Source: Octopus bimaculoides (taxonomy: Eukaryota). From it: a DNA stretch of 34,037 nucleotides. Below the pieces are notes generated by a model. That model worked only from the letters and a program-made list of their open reading frames with translations. It had not been told where the DNA came from and did no database searches. The stretch is taken from assembly GCF_001194135.2 (NCBI RefSeq), contig NC_068983.1, forward strand, positions 96,856,396 through 96,890,432, read 5' to 3'. The position numbers and the translations under genes were made by a program. How positions within the stretch are numbered: the stretch's first letter is position 1; the number at the start of each line of letters is the position of its first letter. Positions 11,772 to 23,269 of the stretch are shown one piece after another.

Positions 11772-13179
11772 CTAGCAGAGATACCCAGCATTGCTCGGGA
11801 TTAAAATGGCATAGTTTGTATATAATATATTACAGTTGTGTTGAAGCAGGTAACATGGGAAAGTGCAGCATTGACAACAAGACTTTTGTGGAGTAAATGC
11901 TGGGCTAATTCGACTGAGCAACATGCTAATCGTCCGTTTGGAGTATTTCAGGCCGTAAAATGTCATGGAAAATTGGAGGTGGGGGTTATGTGATTTTTGA
12001 ACGCATCGAACTGCCGTCAGTGGATATACTCTCCTTTGCAGCAGTCGGTGCTGTGTCTAACACGACCCATCATCTGAAATTTTGAGACTTCCGTCGGGTT
12101 TGTTGCCCTACATCAGTCAAAGTAAATTTGGAGGAACTGTGGTTGTTCATTTGCGGGTAACAGGGAACCAATGAAGTGACAGACTTGACCTTGAACTTTG
12201 ACGTCAGCGTAAATCCATGTTTATCTATCTTCTTAGATACACCAAACGATGTCATTTGAAATGCAGAGTTGTATTGTCTGATATTGTTCCGAAAATCCTT
12301 TGACTGGATGGAAATGCCTTCTAGAGGATTCATATGAGGTTGAGAAGGAGCTGGTAGTGCTGGCAATGTTAGCTGCCCGTCTGAGCAGCACATACCATTT
12401 GTTTCATTTGAAAATTTTAAAGCTCTACATAAACGACAATCTGTGTCTAGCACACCAAGTTGGACAGAGTTATCATTTTTTAAAGAATGGGACGGATCAT
12501 ATCTGAGTGAGACCTCTACATTGTAGCTAGACATGGTAGAAATAGCAGCCAAATCTCCCTCAAAACTCCCTACTGTCTTAATCCGACAATTCTGCCTATT
12601 ATGTAGTTTGAATGAGAAACTGTAACTAAGGATTAAGATTATTAACCCCAAGATGTTACGCGTTTTAATAGCAATAAATTATTTTCTCTTTTTTGCGTAG
12701 CTTTTCATGTCAGCTGTAAAGATGAAGAGGGTTAACTTGGATGGTGTTATGTAGTGGAGATGTTTGATGATTCTATGTGGTGGTTACTTTTGACTGCTTC
12801 TTCTCAATAAGGATAATTGATTGATAACGAATCTTAACACAATATATATACAACTTCAAATGGAATTGGACGTCATACGAGAGACAGCATAGCGACGGTT
12901 TTGGATGACTGTCATCCTGTGCTCTCCTTGTTGCTAGCGAAATGGTATGTGCCAACTATCTGAGCAACTAGTTGATTTTAATGCAGGGAGAAACAGGACA
13001 AAAAGATTACAAAAATTGTGATTCTCACCTTGAAACTAACTATTTTGAAATTTTTTTTAGATTACGCAACACCCCGCTCTGCCATGTATCCATGTTTAAA
13101 ATTTCAGCGCGATCGGATGAACAATACTCGAGTTATAAGCGCACAAACAGACAGACAGAACGGATTTTATATATTAAGA
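11772..13179 (-). mobile_element. Internally deleted Helitron with both termini
   Basis: Minus strand: 5' TC at 13179-13178 (tcttaatatataaaatccg...ctgtctgtctg), 3' hairpin cccgagcaatgctggg (11799-11784), 8 nt, then CTAG (11775-11772). Inserted between A and T with no target duplication. Carries a RepHel fragment. Confidence 0.88.
12080..12560 (-). pseudogene. Helitron RepHel N-terminal fragment (frameshifted)
   Basis: CRLCRALKFSNETNGMCCSDGQLTLPALPAP...SKDFRNNIRQYNSAFQMTSFG is the Cys-rich plus YNSAFQMTSFG signature I recognise from animal Helitron RepHel proteins. Confidence 0.85.
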
Positions 13180-13760
13180 TAATTAAAATATAAGTGGCTA
13201 GGAAACATAAAAATAACCATAAAGGTAAAATTATTGATTTAACTTATAACGAAGGGTATCACATAGAACCAGCATTGCTAGAAATAAGAGTCAAAACGAC
13301 TCAGAAACGCAGTTATCACTTATACACACTGGTGAATTTGAGGAAACGAATAAAAAGAAAACCCAAATTACTATTAGCGAGTGAAAATCACAATTGAAAT
13401 TTCTAGACGCTCTCATATAACGTGATATCGAACCCTGTGATAGACAGTTCTTATCAGTGAGTATTACTGCCGAGGGCTAAAGATACTCGTGTCACCATGT
13501 GTGTATTGAGCATTTGAATGCAGCGGCAAATTCATAACTGACTGAAGTGAATAAAATCATAAAAATATATAAAGATATTATTAATAAATATTAATACAAG
13601 TGGCTAGCAAGCATAAAAATAACCATAAAAGTAAAATTATTTATTTAATTTATACTCAATGGTACCAGATAGTACCAATATTGCAAGAAATAAAAACCAA
13701 AGCAGCTCGAAACCACAGTTATCACCTATACGCACTGATGAATTCGAGGAGACGCTGCAT
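13180..13760. repeat. Direct duplication, about 170-190 bp units (13180-13350 and 13571-13755)
   Basis: Shared aagtggctag, cataaaaataaccataaa, gtaaaattatt, cagttatcac and cactg(g/a)tgaatt(t/c)gagga blocks. Confidence 0.85.
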
Positions 13761-13789
13761 TCAAATGTTCAATGCACACGCTGCATTCA

Positions 13790-13950
13790 AATGGTAAATA
13801 CACGCTCGATTAAATGCTTAACGACGTTTCATTCGTCTTTACGCTTTGAATTCAAATTCCCCCGAGGTCGACTTTGTCTTTCATCCTTTCGAGGCCGCTA
13901 AAAGAAGTACCAGTGGAACACTGGAGTACACGTAATTGACCTTAGCCCCA
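13790..13950 (+). mobile_element. SINE family B, diverged
   Basis: aaatgcttaacg...gaattcaaattcccccgaggtcgactttgtctttcatcctttcgagg...aagtaccagt. Confidence 0.75.
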
Positions 13951-13986
13951 TCATGCGCAATTGCTGGCCTTGTACCATTCTTTGAA

Positions 13987-14086
<100 letters not shown>

Positions 14087-14482
14087 ATATATATATATAT
14101 ATATTACATTGCTATTCAAATGTACCCGATGTCATCTTTGTCTCTCAACATTCCAAGATGGATGAAATAAAGCGACAGGCAAATGCTGGAGTGGAAGATA
14201 TCAGCTAGAGTCCCATCCTTGAAAATTGCTAAGCTTGTAGCTAAATCAGAAACGACTGAGCTCTAGTGTCCATTCGTTGTAGTTCATGATATTCCATTAT
14301 ATTATCGCTTTAAATCTCAATATTCATATTATATTGAGCCCTCTACTAAACTGTTTTGCAGAAAAAATGCAAAAGCAATGCATTGCTTCGTGAAAATTAC
14401 AAGAAATACATTCCTTGGTGTGATATTATTTCTAATATTCATGTCTATCTATCTATCTATCTATCTAGCTAGCTAGCTAGCT

Positions 14483-14533
<51 letters not shown>

Positions 14534-14689
14534 CACATACACACATATATACTCACACATATACACACACATATCTAGACATACACATATACACACACAA
14601 ACACACACCAATATGTATATATACAATTGTTTATGTATGTATGCATGTATGTGTGTGCGGGTGTAAATAAATATATACATATAAGTACA

Positions 14690-14784
14690 AATATATATGT
14701 ATATGTGTATATGAATATATATGTATATGTGTATATAAATATATATGTATATGTGTATATAAATATATATGTATATGTGTATAT
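14690..14784. repeat. 24-bp minisatellite built from TA/TG, 4 copies
   Basis: Unit aatatatatgtatatgtgtatat(a/g), ending at a 10-N gap. Confidence 0.85.
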
Positions 14785-15732
14785 NNNNNNNNNNTATATA
14801 TGTATATATATACATATATATACATATTCATACATTTACAAATGCATGGATATGATAAAAAATGATTCAAGCAGCCAAGTGGATCAAAAAACGTATGCGT
14901 AATACCAGATTGAGTAACGTTAAACGGATGAGAATTTAAATGCAGTTTGTTAATCGGGATGATAAGAGTGGTAGAGATAATCAAGAATTGTGGTGTAGTA
15001 GAACATTTCTAGTTTCGAGCGATAGAATAGATTATCTTTGATTTGGTGGAAGCTAATAGATGGTTTAAAGACAAGATCAGCTAGGAAGGAAGATGTATAG
15101 ATACAGTAGGAAAAAAAACTTACTATTATTTTACTAAGCTGTGGTACATTATATCTAATGGAGCAGTTAAAAATATCTCAAAGAGAATAACAAGTGGGTG
15201 AAATCAAATATACATACACACACATACATATGTGTGTGTGTGTGCACATATACATGCGCACACATACATATATGTATGTAATCTCTCTCTCTCTCTCTCT
15301 TTCTCTCTTAATATATATATNNNNNNNNNNAGAGAAAGACAAAGAGAGAGAGAGTGAATAGAAGTTGAGAGAGGCACTCCTGCTTTACAGCTGCCTCAAG
15401 TTACGGGATTTTGCACTTACAGAAATTGGAAAGTATGGCTAACTATTTCGCGATACGATCTACATTTTCGCCCTGGCGGAAACTCTTATTGCATAGGTTT
15501 AAATTGTGAACATTTTAAATTACACTTTCTTCTTAGCTCAATGGCCACTTGCGTTTTAGTTAAGAATAAGTTATATAGTTAACTATTTGAAAAACTTTCA
15601 TCATATTACACACATACATGCGCCCACATACACACATGTAAATATAACGTACATTATGTGAACGTACATATATAACTTCTATTTGTCGTAAAGAAAAATT
15701 AACATCAGGATTTAAAGTTTCCAAAAATTATG

Positions 15733-17086
15733 ACACTTATTTTGGGGGAAAATGCAGCTGGTGATGTGAAATTAAAGACCCTACACGTGAATCACACAAA
15801 ATATATGAAGGCTTTTAAGGGTTACACAATGTTTAATCTACCTATGATTTGGCGTTCAAATAAGAAAAGCGTGGATAACTAAGAGCCTTTTCAAAGTGTG
15901 GTTTACAAACATTTGTTGTCCTGCAAGATATATTTCCAACTGAGCATTCCCTCTTTTAGACAATGAACGAAGACACCCAGCAAACTTGGATGACTTTTCT
16001 GATAATGAGATTATAGAATATATATCCTCAAAAATACAATTTCTTTGCTCCGACTAATGGATTAAGGTGTAGTAGTTAACGTCAAGGTACGTTATTTGAG
16101 AACTTTCAAACAACATTTGAAAGCAACTGACAAAGAGAATAAGCCTGCAGTTAGATATTTCTGGAAGAAATTCAACATAATGGATGTTGTGGATAATATA
16201 GCTGAGCCATGGGATGAAGTGAAACCATTAACTCTGGATAATGGTTGGTAAAATATATGACTGGACTGTATCCGTGACATTACAAGTTTTCTTCAAGCAG
16301 AAATTTTAAATCAAATTTGGAAAGACATTATGACACTTGCAAAGGATGTAGGATTTGAAGAAGTCATAGATGATGAAATGACTGAGTTGCTAGTGTCCCA
16401 GTTTATCTAATGAAGAGCTATGCTGCTAAAATACGGATGAGACAACGGAAGTTTCTCCCACCCCACATAAGTTGACTATAAAAATTATTGTGAAAGGGTT
16501 GGCACTAATAAAGGAAGGTCTGCTGGATTTTGCTGATAATGACTCTAATCGTGAACGTGACATAAAAATTACAATGGGAGCTAACAATGAACTCAGTTTC
16601 TATACTGAGCTATAGAAAGAGATGATGCGTCATGAACAACAAACAACTTCGAGTAAGATTTTCACCTCTCAAGCATTCGTGAGATGAACAATAAAATAAT
16701 AAATATTGTCCCTCACCCTCCTAGTAACACTTATTCTACTACAACCTTTGTCACAGTAGTCAACATCTTTTGTGGTATGAACATACTCTAACGATATTAT
16801 GATTCTTATTAATTCCCAAACGTATTTCCCTTGAAACTTTTTTGTGTTTTTATATGTCTATTTTGTACTCTGTGTGTTTAGAAATAGTTATTTTCATGTA
16901 CAAAGGTGATCGTATTGCTTGTTCTCTGTTGTTTTCTTGTGCTTTTCGTTTTATTTTGAAAATGACGGTAGGAACGCAATCTCACTTGATATAAAAGTCA
17001 ATGGGATAATTAATTTCGCATTAAAGAATTTCGTGTTAGGGCCAAATATTCAGGAACGCATTACTTCCCTAAAGAGAAGGATTCCT
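15733..17086 (+). mobile_element. Tigger/pogo-type DNA transposon remnant (decayed DDE transposase about 15733-16665 plus probable right end)
   Basis: Broken-frame translation: LGENAAGDVKLK...KAFKG...NLPMIWRSNKK(A)WITKSLFKVWF...LLDN...HPANL...PQNTISLL..MD*GVV...FWKKFNIMDVVDNIAEPWDEV...TLAKDVGFEEV...DNDSNRER. Possible TIR remnant caggaacgcatt...taaagagaaggattcct followed by TA at about 17051-17087. Confidence 0.85.
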
Positions 17087-17108
17087 ATATATATATATAT
17101 ATATGTAT

Positions 17109-17144
17109 AGCGACTGCGTGGTAAGAATATTGTTTCCCAACCAC
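17109..17144 (+). mobile_element. SINE family A head fragment, directly 5' of the LINE remnant
   Basis: gcgactgcgtggtaagaatattgtttcccaaccac, compared with ggctgcgtggtaaggagcttgcgtcccaaccac at 29665-29697. Confidence 0.7.
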
Positions 17145-18782
17145 TATGTCGCGCACGCATGGTTGTGCGGTAGGCTCAGAGATTCTGGTCCGGCTCCAGC
17201 CTGTCGAGATCCAGAAAGGGACCACCACACATGGCGTTGATGGAGCAAGCAATTAATGCTGTAGTCATGGAGTGTTACTACTTGATCAACCCTGTAGATG
17301 AAAATGGTGCCCAAATTAGGGTTTACCGACAACGTATGTACGATCATTGGAGAGAAAATGGATTGTTTCAACTCACGGAACAGAGACTATGTGATCAAGC
17401 TAGAGCAATAAGAAAAAATTGTTGGTTCACAGAAGTAGAGCTTGAAGTTATCAAAAGCCGGGTCTTGGAAAATAGCAGCAGCGATAACAAGGAAAATACA
17501 GTTCTTACTAATAAGGGTAATCGCATAGCACAGGAAAGGAGCAGTGGTAGTTTACTTGATGAGAGACATATAGATGAGCTAAAAGAAGACAATAAAACTA
17601 ATGGCGACATGACAGATGAACAAAAGGCAATCTACGACAGAATAAAGGCAAGACTTCAGGCGAACGATAGCGGCATTATTTGCAACCTTAAAAAAGTTGA
17701 TCAATGGAAATTGAACCAAGAAACGAAAAACGTCAATGAAATTCTGAAATACATCAGAACAAACAACACAGAAACAAATATTTGATCAAGGCAGCAAGTA
17801 TTGTAGTAGCAGAAAACATGGGTGTTGATGTCAAGAAAAAGAAACATAATGGGAGTGACAAAATATAAGATCCATGGTGGAAAGAAGAATCCAGGCAGAG
17901 TTAGACATGCCCTCGAAGGAAATCTCTGTGTTAGACCAAAAAGAGAAAGAGGAGCTTAAAAGCTAACAAAAATACAGGGCGCTGAAAAGGAAGTATAATA
18001 TTAAAAGAAAAGGCCTGAAAGTAGTAATGGAGGAACTCAAGCAGCATCTCGTTGCAAAAAAAGCAAAGATGGTAAGATACGGCCAAAGAATGAAGGGTTA
18101 CCACCAGAATAGGTTATTCCGAGTAGATCAGAAGAGATTCTATAAAGAAATAAATGGAGAGTGTACAGATGAAAAGTTGATACCAGATAGCATTGAAAGT
18201 CAAAAGTTTTGGAGTGACATCTCGAGCAAAGACAAGGAGCACAAGAAGGATGCTGAATGGTTGTAAGAACTGAAACAAACACTAGTCTGTCCAAAACTGG
18301 AAGGCCCCGGGACCAGATGGAGTTCAAGGCTACTGGATCAAAAGATTTGGTGAATGTCATGCACGAATAGCTGCACAACTCAACACCTTGTTAAATGCCG
18401 ACCAAGTAACACCAGAGTGGTTGACATTGGGTAGTACAGTGACGTGCCTGAAAAACATCGAAAAAGGCAATACGGTAGACAATTACAGGCCAATATCCTG
18501 TTTGCCACTTATGTGGAAGTTATTGACTAGAATACTCGCAATGTACGAACATCTGGAAAAAATGGAGTCCTGCCACATGAACAGAAGGTTTGCAACCATA
18601 AGCGCAGAGATACCAAGGATCAACTCCTGATTGTCAAAACTGTACTTAGAGACTGCAAGAGGAGGAAAAGTAACTTGGCCATGTCATGGATCGACTTATG
18701 TAAGGCGTATGATATGATCCCACATTCTTGGATTATGGAGTGTATGAACCTATTTGGTATTGCATCGAATGTTGAGCGATTT
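17145..18782 (+). mobile_element. R4/Dong-like (RLE-type) non-LTR retrotransposon, 5' portion, 3'-truncated within RT
   Basis: N-terminal VVMECYY...YRQRMYDHW...TEQRLCDQARAIRKNCWFTEVELE. RT motifs [61 protein letters not shown]. Several stops and frameshifts. The YMDD-type core and endonuclease are absent. Confidence 0.85.
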
Positions 18783-18812
18783 GGTAGACAGAAGCTGAAA
18801 GAAGCTCGGCGT
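18773..18812 (+). mobile_element. SINE family A middle fragment, directly 3' of the LINE remnant
   Basis: tgagcgatttggtagacagaagctgaaagaagctcggcgt, compared with tgagtggatttggtagacggaaactgaaagaagcccgtcgt at about 28482-28522. Confidence 0.8.
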
Positions 18813-18835
18813 ATATATATATATATATATATATA

Positions 18836-18998
18836 CTCTTTTACTCTTTTACTTTTTCAGTCATTTGATGGCGGCCATGCAGGAGCACCGCCTTTAGTTG
18901 AGCAAATCGACCCCAGGACTTATTCTTTGTAAGCCTAGTACTTACTCAATCGGCTGTCAAGCGATGCTGGGGGGACAAACACAGACACACACACAGAC
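18836..18998 (-). mobile_element. SINE family A, 3' half with internal deletion
   Basis: Reverse complement of ttgtccccccagcatcgcttgacagccga...aagtactaggcttacaaagaataagtcctggggtcgatttgctcaactaaaggcggtgctcc. Confidence 0.85.
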
Positions 18999-19336
18999 NN
19001 NNNNNNNNNNNNNNNNNNNNNNNNNNNNNNNNNNNNNNNNNNNNNNNNNNNNNNNNNNNNNNNNNNNNNNNNNNNNNNNNNNNNNNNNNNNNNNNNNNNN
19101 NNNNNNNNNNNNNNNNNNNNNNNNNNNNNNNNNNNNNNNNNNNNNNNNNNNNNNNNNNNNNNNNNNNNNNNNNNNNNNNNNNNNNNNNNNNNNNNNNNNN
19201 NNNNNNNNNNNNNNNNNNNNNNNNNNNNNNNNNNNNNNNNNNNNNNNNNNNNNNNNNNNNNNNNNNNNNNNNNNNNNNNNNNNNNNNNNNNNNNNNNNNN
19301 NNNNNNNNNNNNNNNNNNNNNNNNNNNNNNNNNNNN

Positions 19337-19540
19337 GTGTTTTGTGTGTGTCTGTGTTTGTCCTCAACCCACCACTTGACAACCGATGTTGGTTGTTTAC
19401 GTCCTCGAAACTTAACTGTTCAACAAAAGAGACCTATAGAATACGTACTAGACTTATAAAGAATAAGTCCTGGGGTCGGTTTCTTCGTCTAAAGGCAGTG
19501 CTCCAGCATTACCGCAGTCAAATGACTGAAACATGTAAAA
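19337..19540 (+). mobile_element. SINE family A, 3' half
   Basis: cttgacaaccgatgttgg...aagaataagtcctggggtcgg...aaggcagtgctccagca...cagtcaaatgactgaaaca. Confidence 0.85.
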
Positions 19541-19599
19541 TAATAAAAGAAAAGAATATTCTGTTCCATTGCTTACCCTGATATCTAGGGCGGGTTCCA

Positions 19600-20010
19600 C
19601 TAGCGTCTTTACTTATGATATTATCTAACTTCTACCTGGCTCTCCTTTCTCTCAGACCCCATCTCTCTGCTTGTAGCCAGAGAACTACATACAGTTCATA
19701 AAGTCCTGTGCATGTCTCTTTATTTCGTAGGGCTTTCACTAGGGTGTACGTTGTTCATTATCCTAACTAAATCCGCTGTAAGTATGCTTATCTTATTATT
19801 GAGAAATAAAGCCGAGTTCTTGGGAATAATATATTTGGAAGCCATGGGTTTCATATAATAGGAATGGAGGAGTTGAACCTCTGCTTCGTAATCTCTCACC
19901 AAAGTTCAGCATCCCGAAATATGTAAGGTGTTCTCGTGGGGGTAATCTATTGGTATCTTGATACTCTGGTAGATAGAGTTACCTACGCGCTAGATACGTT
20001 CCAACGCACT
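19600..20010 (-). mobile_element. Penelope-like element RT C-terminal/thumb remnant
   Basis: Broken-frame translation GNSIYQSIKIPIDYP...L..LDAELW...HSYYMKPMASKYIIPKNSAL..NNKISILTADLVRIMNN...FMNCM*FSGY resembles the PLE pattern YxKPMA...SA...K..L..xL.R...N...F...M..SGY. Confidence 0.65.
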
Positions 20011-20387
20011 CCTCCCGTGTCCTTGATATGACCGCATGGAATTGTTCTATGTAATGAACAAACTCCTAATCTGTGGATATGTGGTATACTCTACTCGTGT
20101 GCATCTATATAACTACCTATCACTTTCTCCCGTTTCTCTCTGTCTCTCTTCTTTTCTGTCTTTCTCTCTATGCCTCTCTTTCTCTCTCTATGTGCATGTT
20201 TGTGTGTGTCTATATGTGTGTGTGTATGTATGTTTGTATGTATGTATATACACCGACAGACAGACACACACACACAAACACACATACATTCATACTTACA
20301 TGAACGCACACAAAATAACATACGTTCCTGCATATATTCACGCAAATATTGTGTGGGTGTAACAATTCCATTTCATACACACACATG

Positions 20388-20424
<37 letters not shown>

Positions 20425-20773
20425 GCACACACAAGCACACACACAAACACACATACTACTCACATACGCGCATGGACATATACACACGCATACACCCTTC
20501 ACGTCTCCATAATACAAGAAATTCGAAAGATGAATTGCCCATACCCCGGCCTTGCCCTCTGCTCTGCTCCGGCATCTCTAGTCATAACAATTGTATTGAA
20601 ACATAGAATGCAACACGGCAGGAGAACATTAAGATGTTGTTAAGTCGATAAATATAATATTATGGAAAATATATGCAAAAGCCTGGCGTTGGTAGGTAGC
20701 TGTCGCGTTCTGTAAGATTAGAAGCCATAAAAATTCTAGCATAGAATATAGAGACAGATATATACATACCTAC

Positions 20774-20806
<33 letters not shown>

Positions 20807-21492
20807 NNNNNNNNNNNNNNNNNNNNNNNNNNNNNNNNNNNNNNNNNNNNNNNNNNNNNNNNNNNNNNNNNNNNNNNNNNNNNNNNNNNNNNNNNNNNNN
20901 NNNNNNNNNNNNNNNNNNNNNNNNNNNNNNNNNNNNNNNNNNNNNNNNNNNNNNNNNNNNNNNNNNNNNNNNNNNNNNNNNNNNNNNNNNNNNNNNNNNN
21001 NNNNNNNNNNNNNNNNNNNNNNNNNNNNNNNNNNNNNNNNNNNNNNNNNNNNNNNNNNNNNNNNNNNNNNNNNNNNNNNNNNNNNNNNNNNNNNNNNNNN
21101 NNNNNNNNNNNNNNNNNNNNNNNNNNNNNNNNNNNNNNNNNNNNNNNNNNNNNNNNNNNNNNNNNNNNNNNNNNNNNNNNNNNNNNNNNNNNNNNNNNNN
21201 NNNNNNNNNNNNNNNNNNNNNNNNNNNNNNNNNNNNNNNNNNNNNNNNNNNNNNNNNNNNNNNNNNNNNNNNNNNNNNNNNNNNNNNNNNNNNNNNNNNN
21301 NNNNNNNNNNNNNNNNNNNNNNNNNNNNNNNNNNNNNNNNNNNNNNNNNNNNNNNNNNNNNNNNNNNNNNNNNNNNNNNNNNNNNNNNNNNNNNNNNNNN
21401 NNNNNNNNNNNNNNNNNNNNNNNNNNNNNNNNNNNNNNNNNNNNNNNNNNNNNNNNNNNNNNNNNNNNNNNNNNNNNNNNNNNNNNNNNNNN

Positions 21493-21538
<46 letters not shown>

Positions 21539-21861
21539 CATACACATGCATACAGATATACGTAACCACACACATACATATGCAAACACTGTTTTGTATT
21601 ACATCACGCATGTACCCATACGCACACATTCACATAAAAAACATGCACGCACGTATGTATAAAAACATACACGCATATACATACACGCATAGAAACACTT
21701 ACGTAAAATACTCACATACACGCACGCATACGTAAACACACGAACGATAAAGAAACGCATAGAGAGTGAGTGATAGTGAGAAAGAGAGAGAGATAGGGAG
21801 AGAGAGGGGAAGAGGGAGAACGAGTTAGAGAGATTGAGAGAATGAGAGCGAGAAAAAAATA

Positions 21862-21867
<6 letters not shown>

Positions 21868-21912
<45 letters not shown>
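21868..21912. repeat. (GA)n microsatellite within a purine-rich tract
   Basis: Directly visible. Confidence 0.95.
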
Positions 21913-21918
<6 letters not shown>

Positions 21919-22199
21919 TAGAGAAGTACGTCTACACAGAGCTTTAGCAAATCGTTAAGAAGATCGATTACAGGGTAGATAAATGGATAGCTTATGTTGG
22001 GATGAGGTGGAGAGTACCGGGGAAAGGAGAAGAGGAAGGTGTTGTGACGGGGTAAGGATTCAGGGTGGAGAAGAAATGGAGTGAAGTGAAAAAGTAAGAA
22101 AAGGTTTAGGGGTATGAGTTAAGGTGGGTTGCGTGAGAGTTTGGGATGGAATAAAGGGACTCATGGGAAGGAAAATGGCAGCCTGAACATTCGCTAACA

Positions 22200-22480
22200 G
22201 ACATGATGGTGATGGTGATGATCAGTGGAGGTGGAGGTGATGGTTGCAGTGTTAGTGGTGACGTTGGTAGTAGTGATGGAGTTGGCGGTGTTAGTGGTGG
22301 TCTGGTGGTGGTGGTGGTGGTGGTGGAGTTAGTGGTGATTTTGTTGGTGGTGGTGTTAGTAGTGACGGCGGCGGCGGCGGCGGCGGTAGTGTTGGTGGTG
22401 ATGGCGGTGGCGGTGTTTGTTGTTTTGGGTTTCGTGGTAATGTTAACAGAGGCGTAAGTCAATGGTGGTGGTGCTTTTGG
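22200..22480. repeat. Compound trinucleotide tract (GGT/GAT/GGC/GTT)
   Basis: gtggtggtggtg, gcggcggcggcg and gatggtgatggt runs. Confidence 0.9.
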
Positions 22481-22499
22481 TTTCATGGCGATAGCTGGA

Positions 22500-23240
22500 A
22501 CTGTTTAACCTAAGGTCATTATTCCTGATCGAGTCACCAAAGATGAAGAAAATTTGTTGTCCAAACGTGACAATCTCTTTAAATAAGATGTTTTCCTTTT
22601 ATTGAGAATGTAGGGTTAGATTTGAGGGAAATGTGGCTGACTATTTCAAGCAGCTCGAACAACCACATAAAGGCTCCCTGACTGGAAGCACTGTTCTTGG
22701 CGGAAGTTCTGTTGATGACAGCAATTCAGGTAGTTGTTTACTCAATAGCAATCACTATGGATGGTGTCGTTTAACTTCAAATCATTCCTGATCTACTTGA
22801 ATAGACTTATAGTCTTCAACGATCAAGCACATCTATTGTGCAACTGTGGCACTCAAAGTTATCTGTTTTTGTTTTCTTGAGATGGCAGGGTCAGATTTGG
22901 AGTAACCTTGGTTGCTATTTCAAGCAGCTCATGCACTCAAATAAAAGCTCCTTGACTGGAAGGGCTGGTGATAACAGAGGTTCTGATGATGATAGCAATT
23001 CAGGTTTAATATCAAAACCTCAAATAATTCTTGATTGAGTTAAGTAAACCCATAGTCACAAAGATCAAACAGATCTATAGTTCAACCGTGACAATTACTT
23101 AAAATTATCTTAGGAAAGTAGGGTTAGATTTGGGAGAAACTTGGTTGCTATTTCAAGCGGCTCTAGCGTTCATGTAAAATCTCCTTGATAGCAAGGACTA
23201 TTGTTGGTGGAGGTTTTTGTTGGTGATGGTGCTGATGATA
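22500..23240. repeat. Degenerate tandem array, three units of about 230-280 bp
   Basis: Anchor agggt(t/c)agatttg at 22612, 22887 and 23120. Also shared ctatttcaagc(a/g)gctc, ctcc(c/t)tga and gatga(c/t)agcaattcagg. Confidence 0.75.
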
Positions 23241-23269
23241 GCAGATACATCTAAGCAGTTGGTTGCTTA

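Noticed and set aside
13194-13797. Two similar Lys-rich ORFs (MARKHKNNHK.../MASKHKNNHK...)
   Set aside because: Similarity is explained by the DNA duplication. They start at GTG, are short and diverge in frame.
22106-22486. Thr/Pro-rich mucin-like 126-aa ORF
   Set aside because: It is the translation of a compound trinucleotide microsatellite, with no signal peptide or splice evidence.
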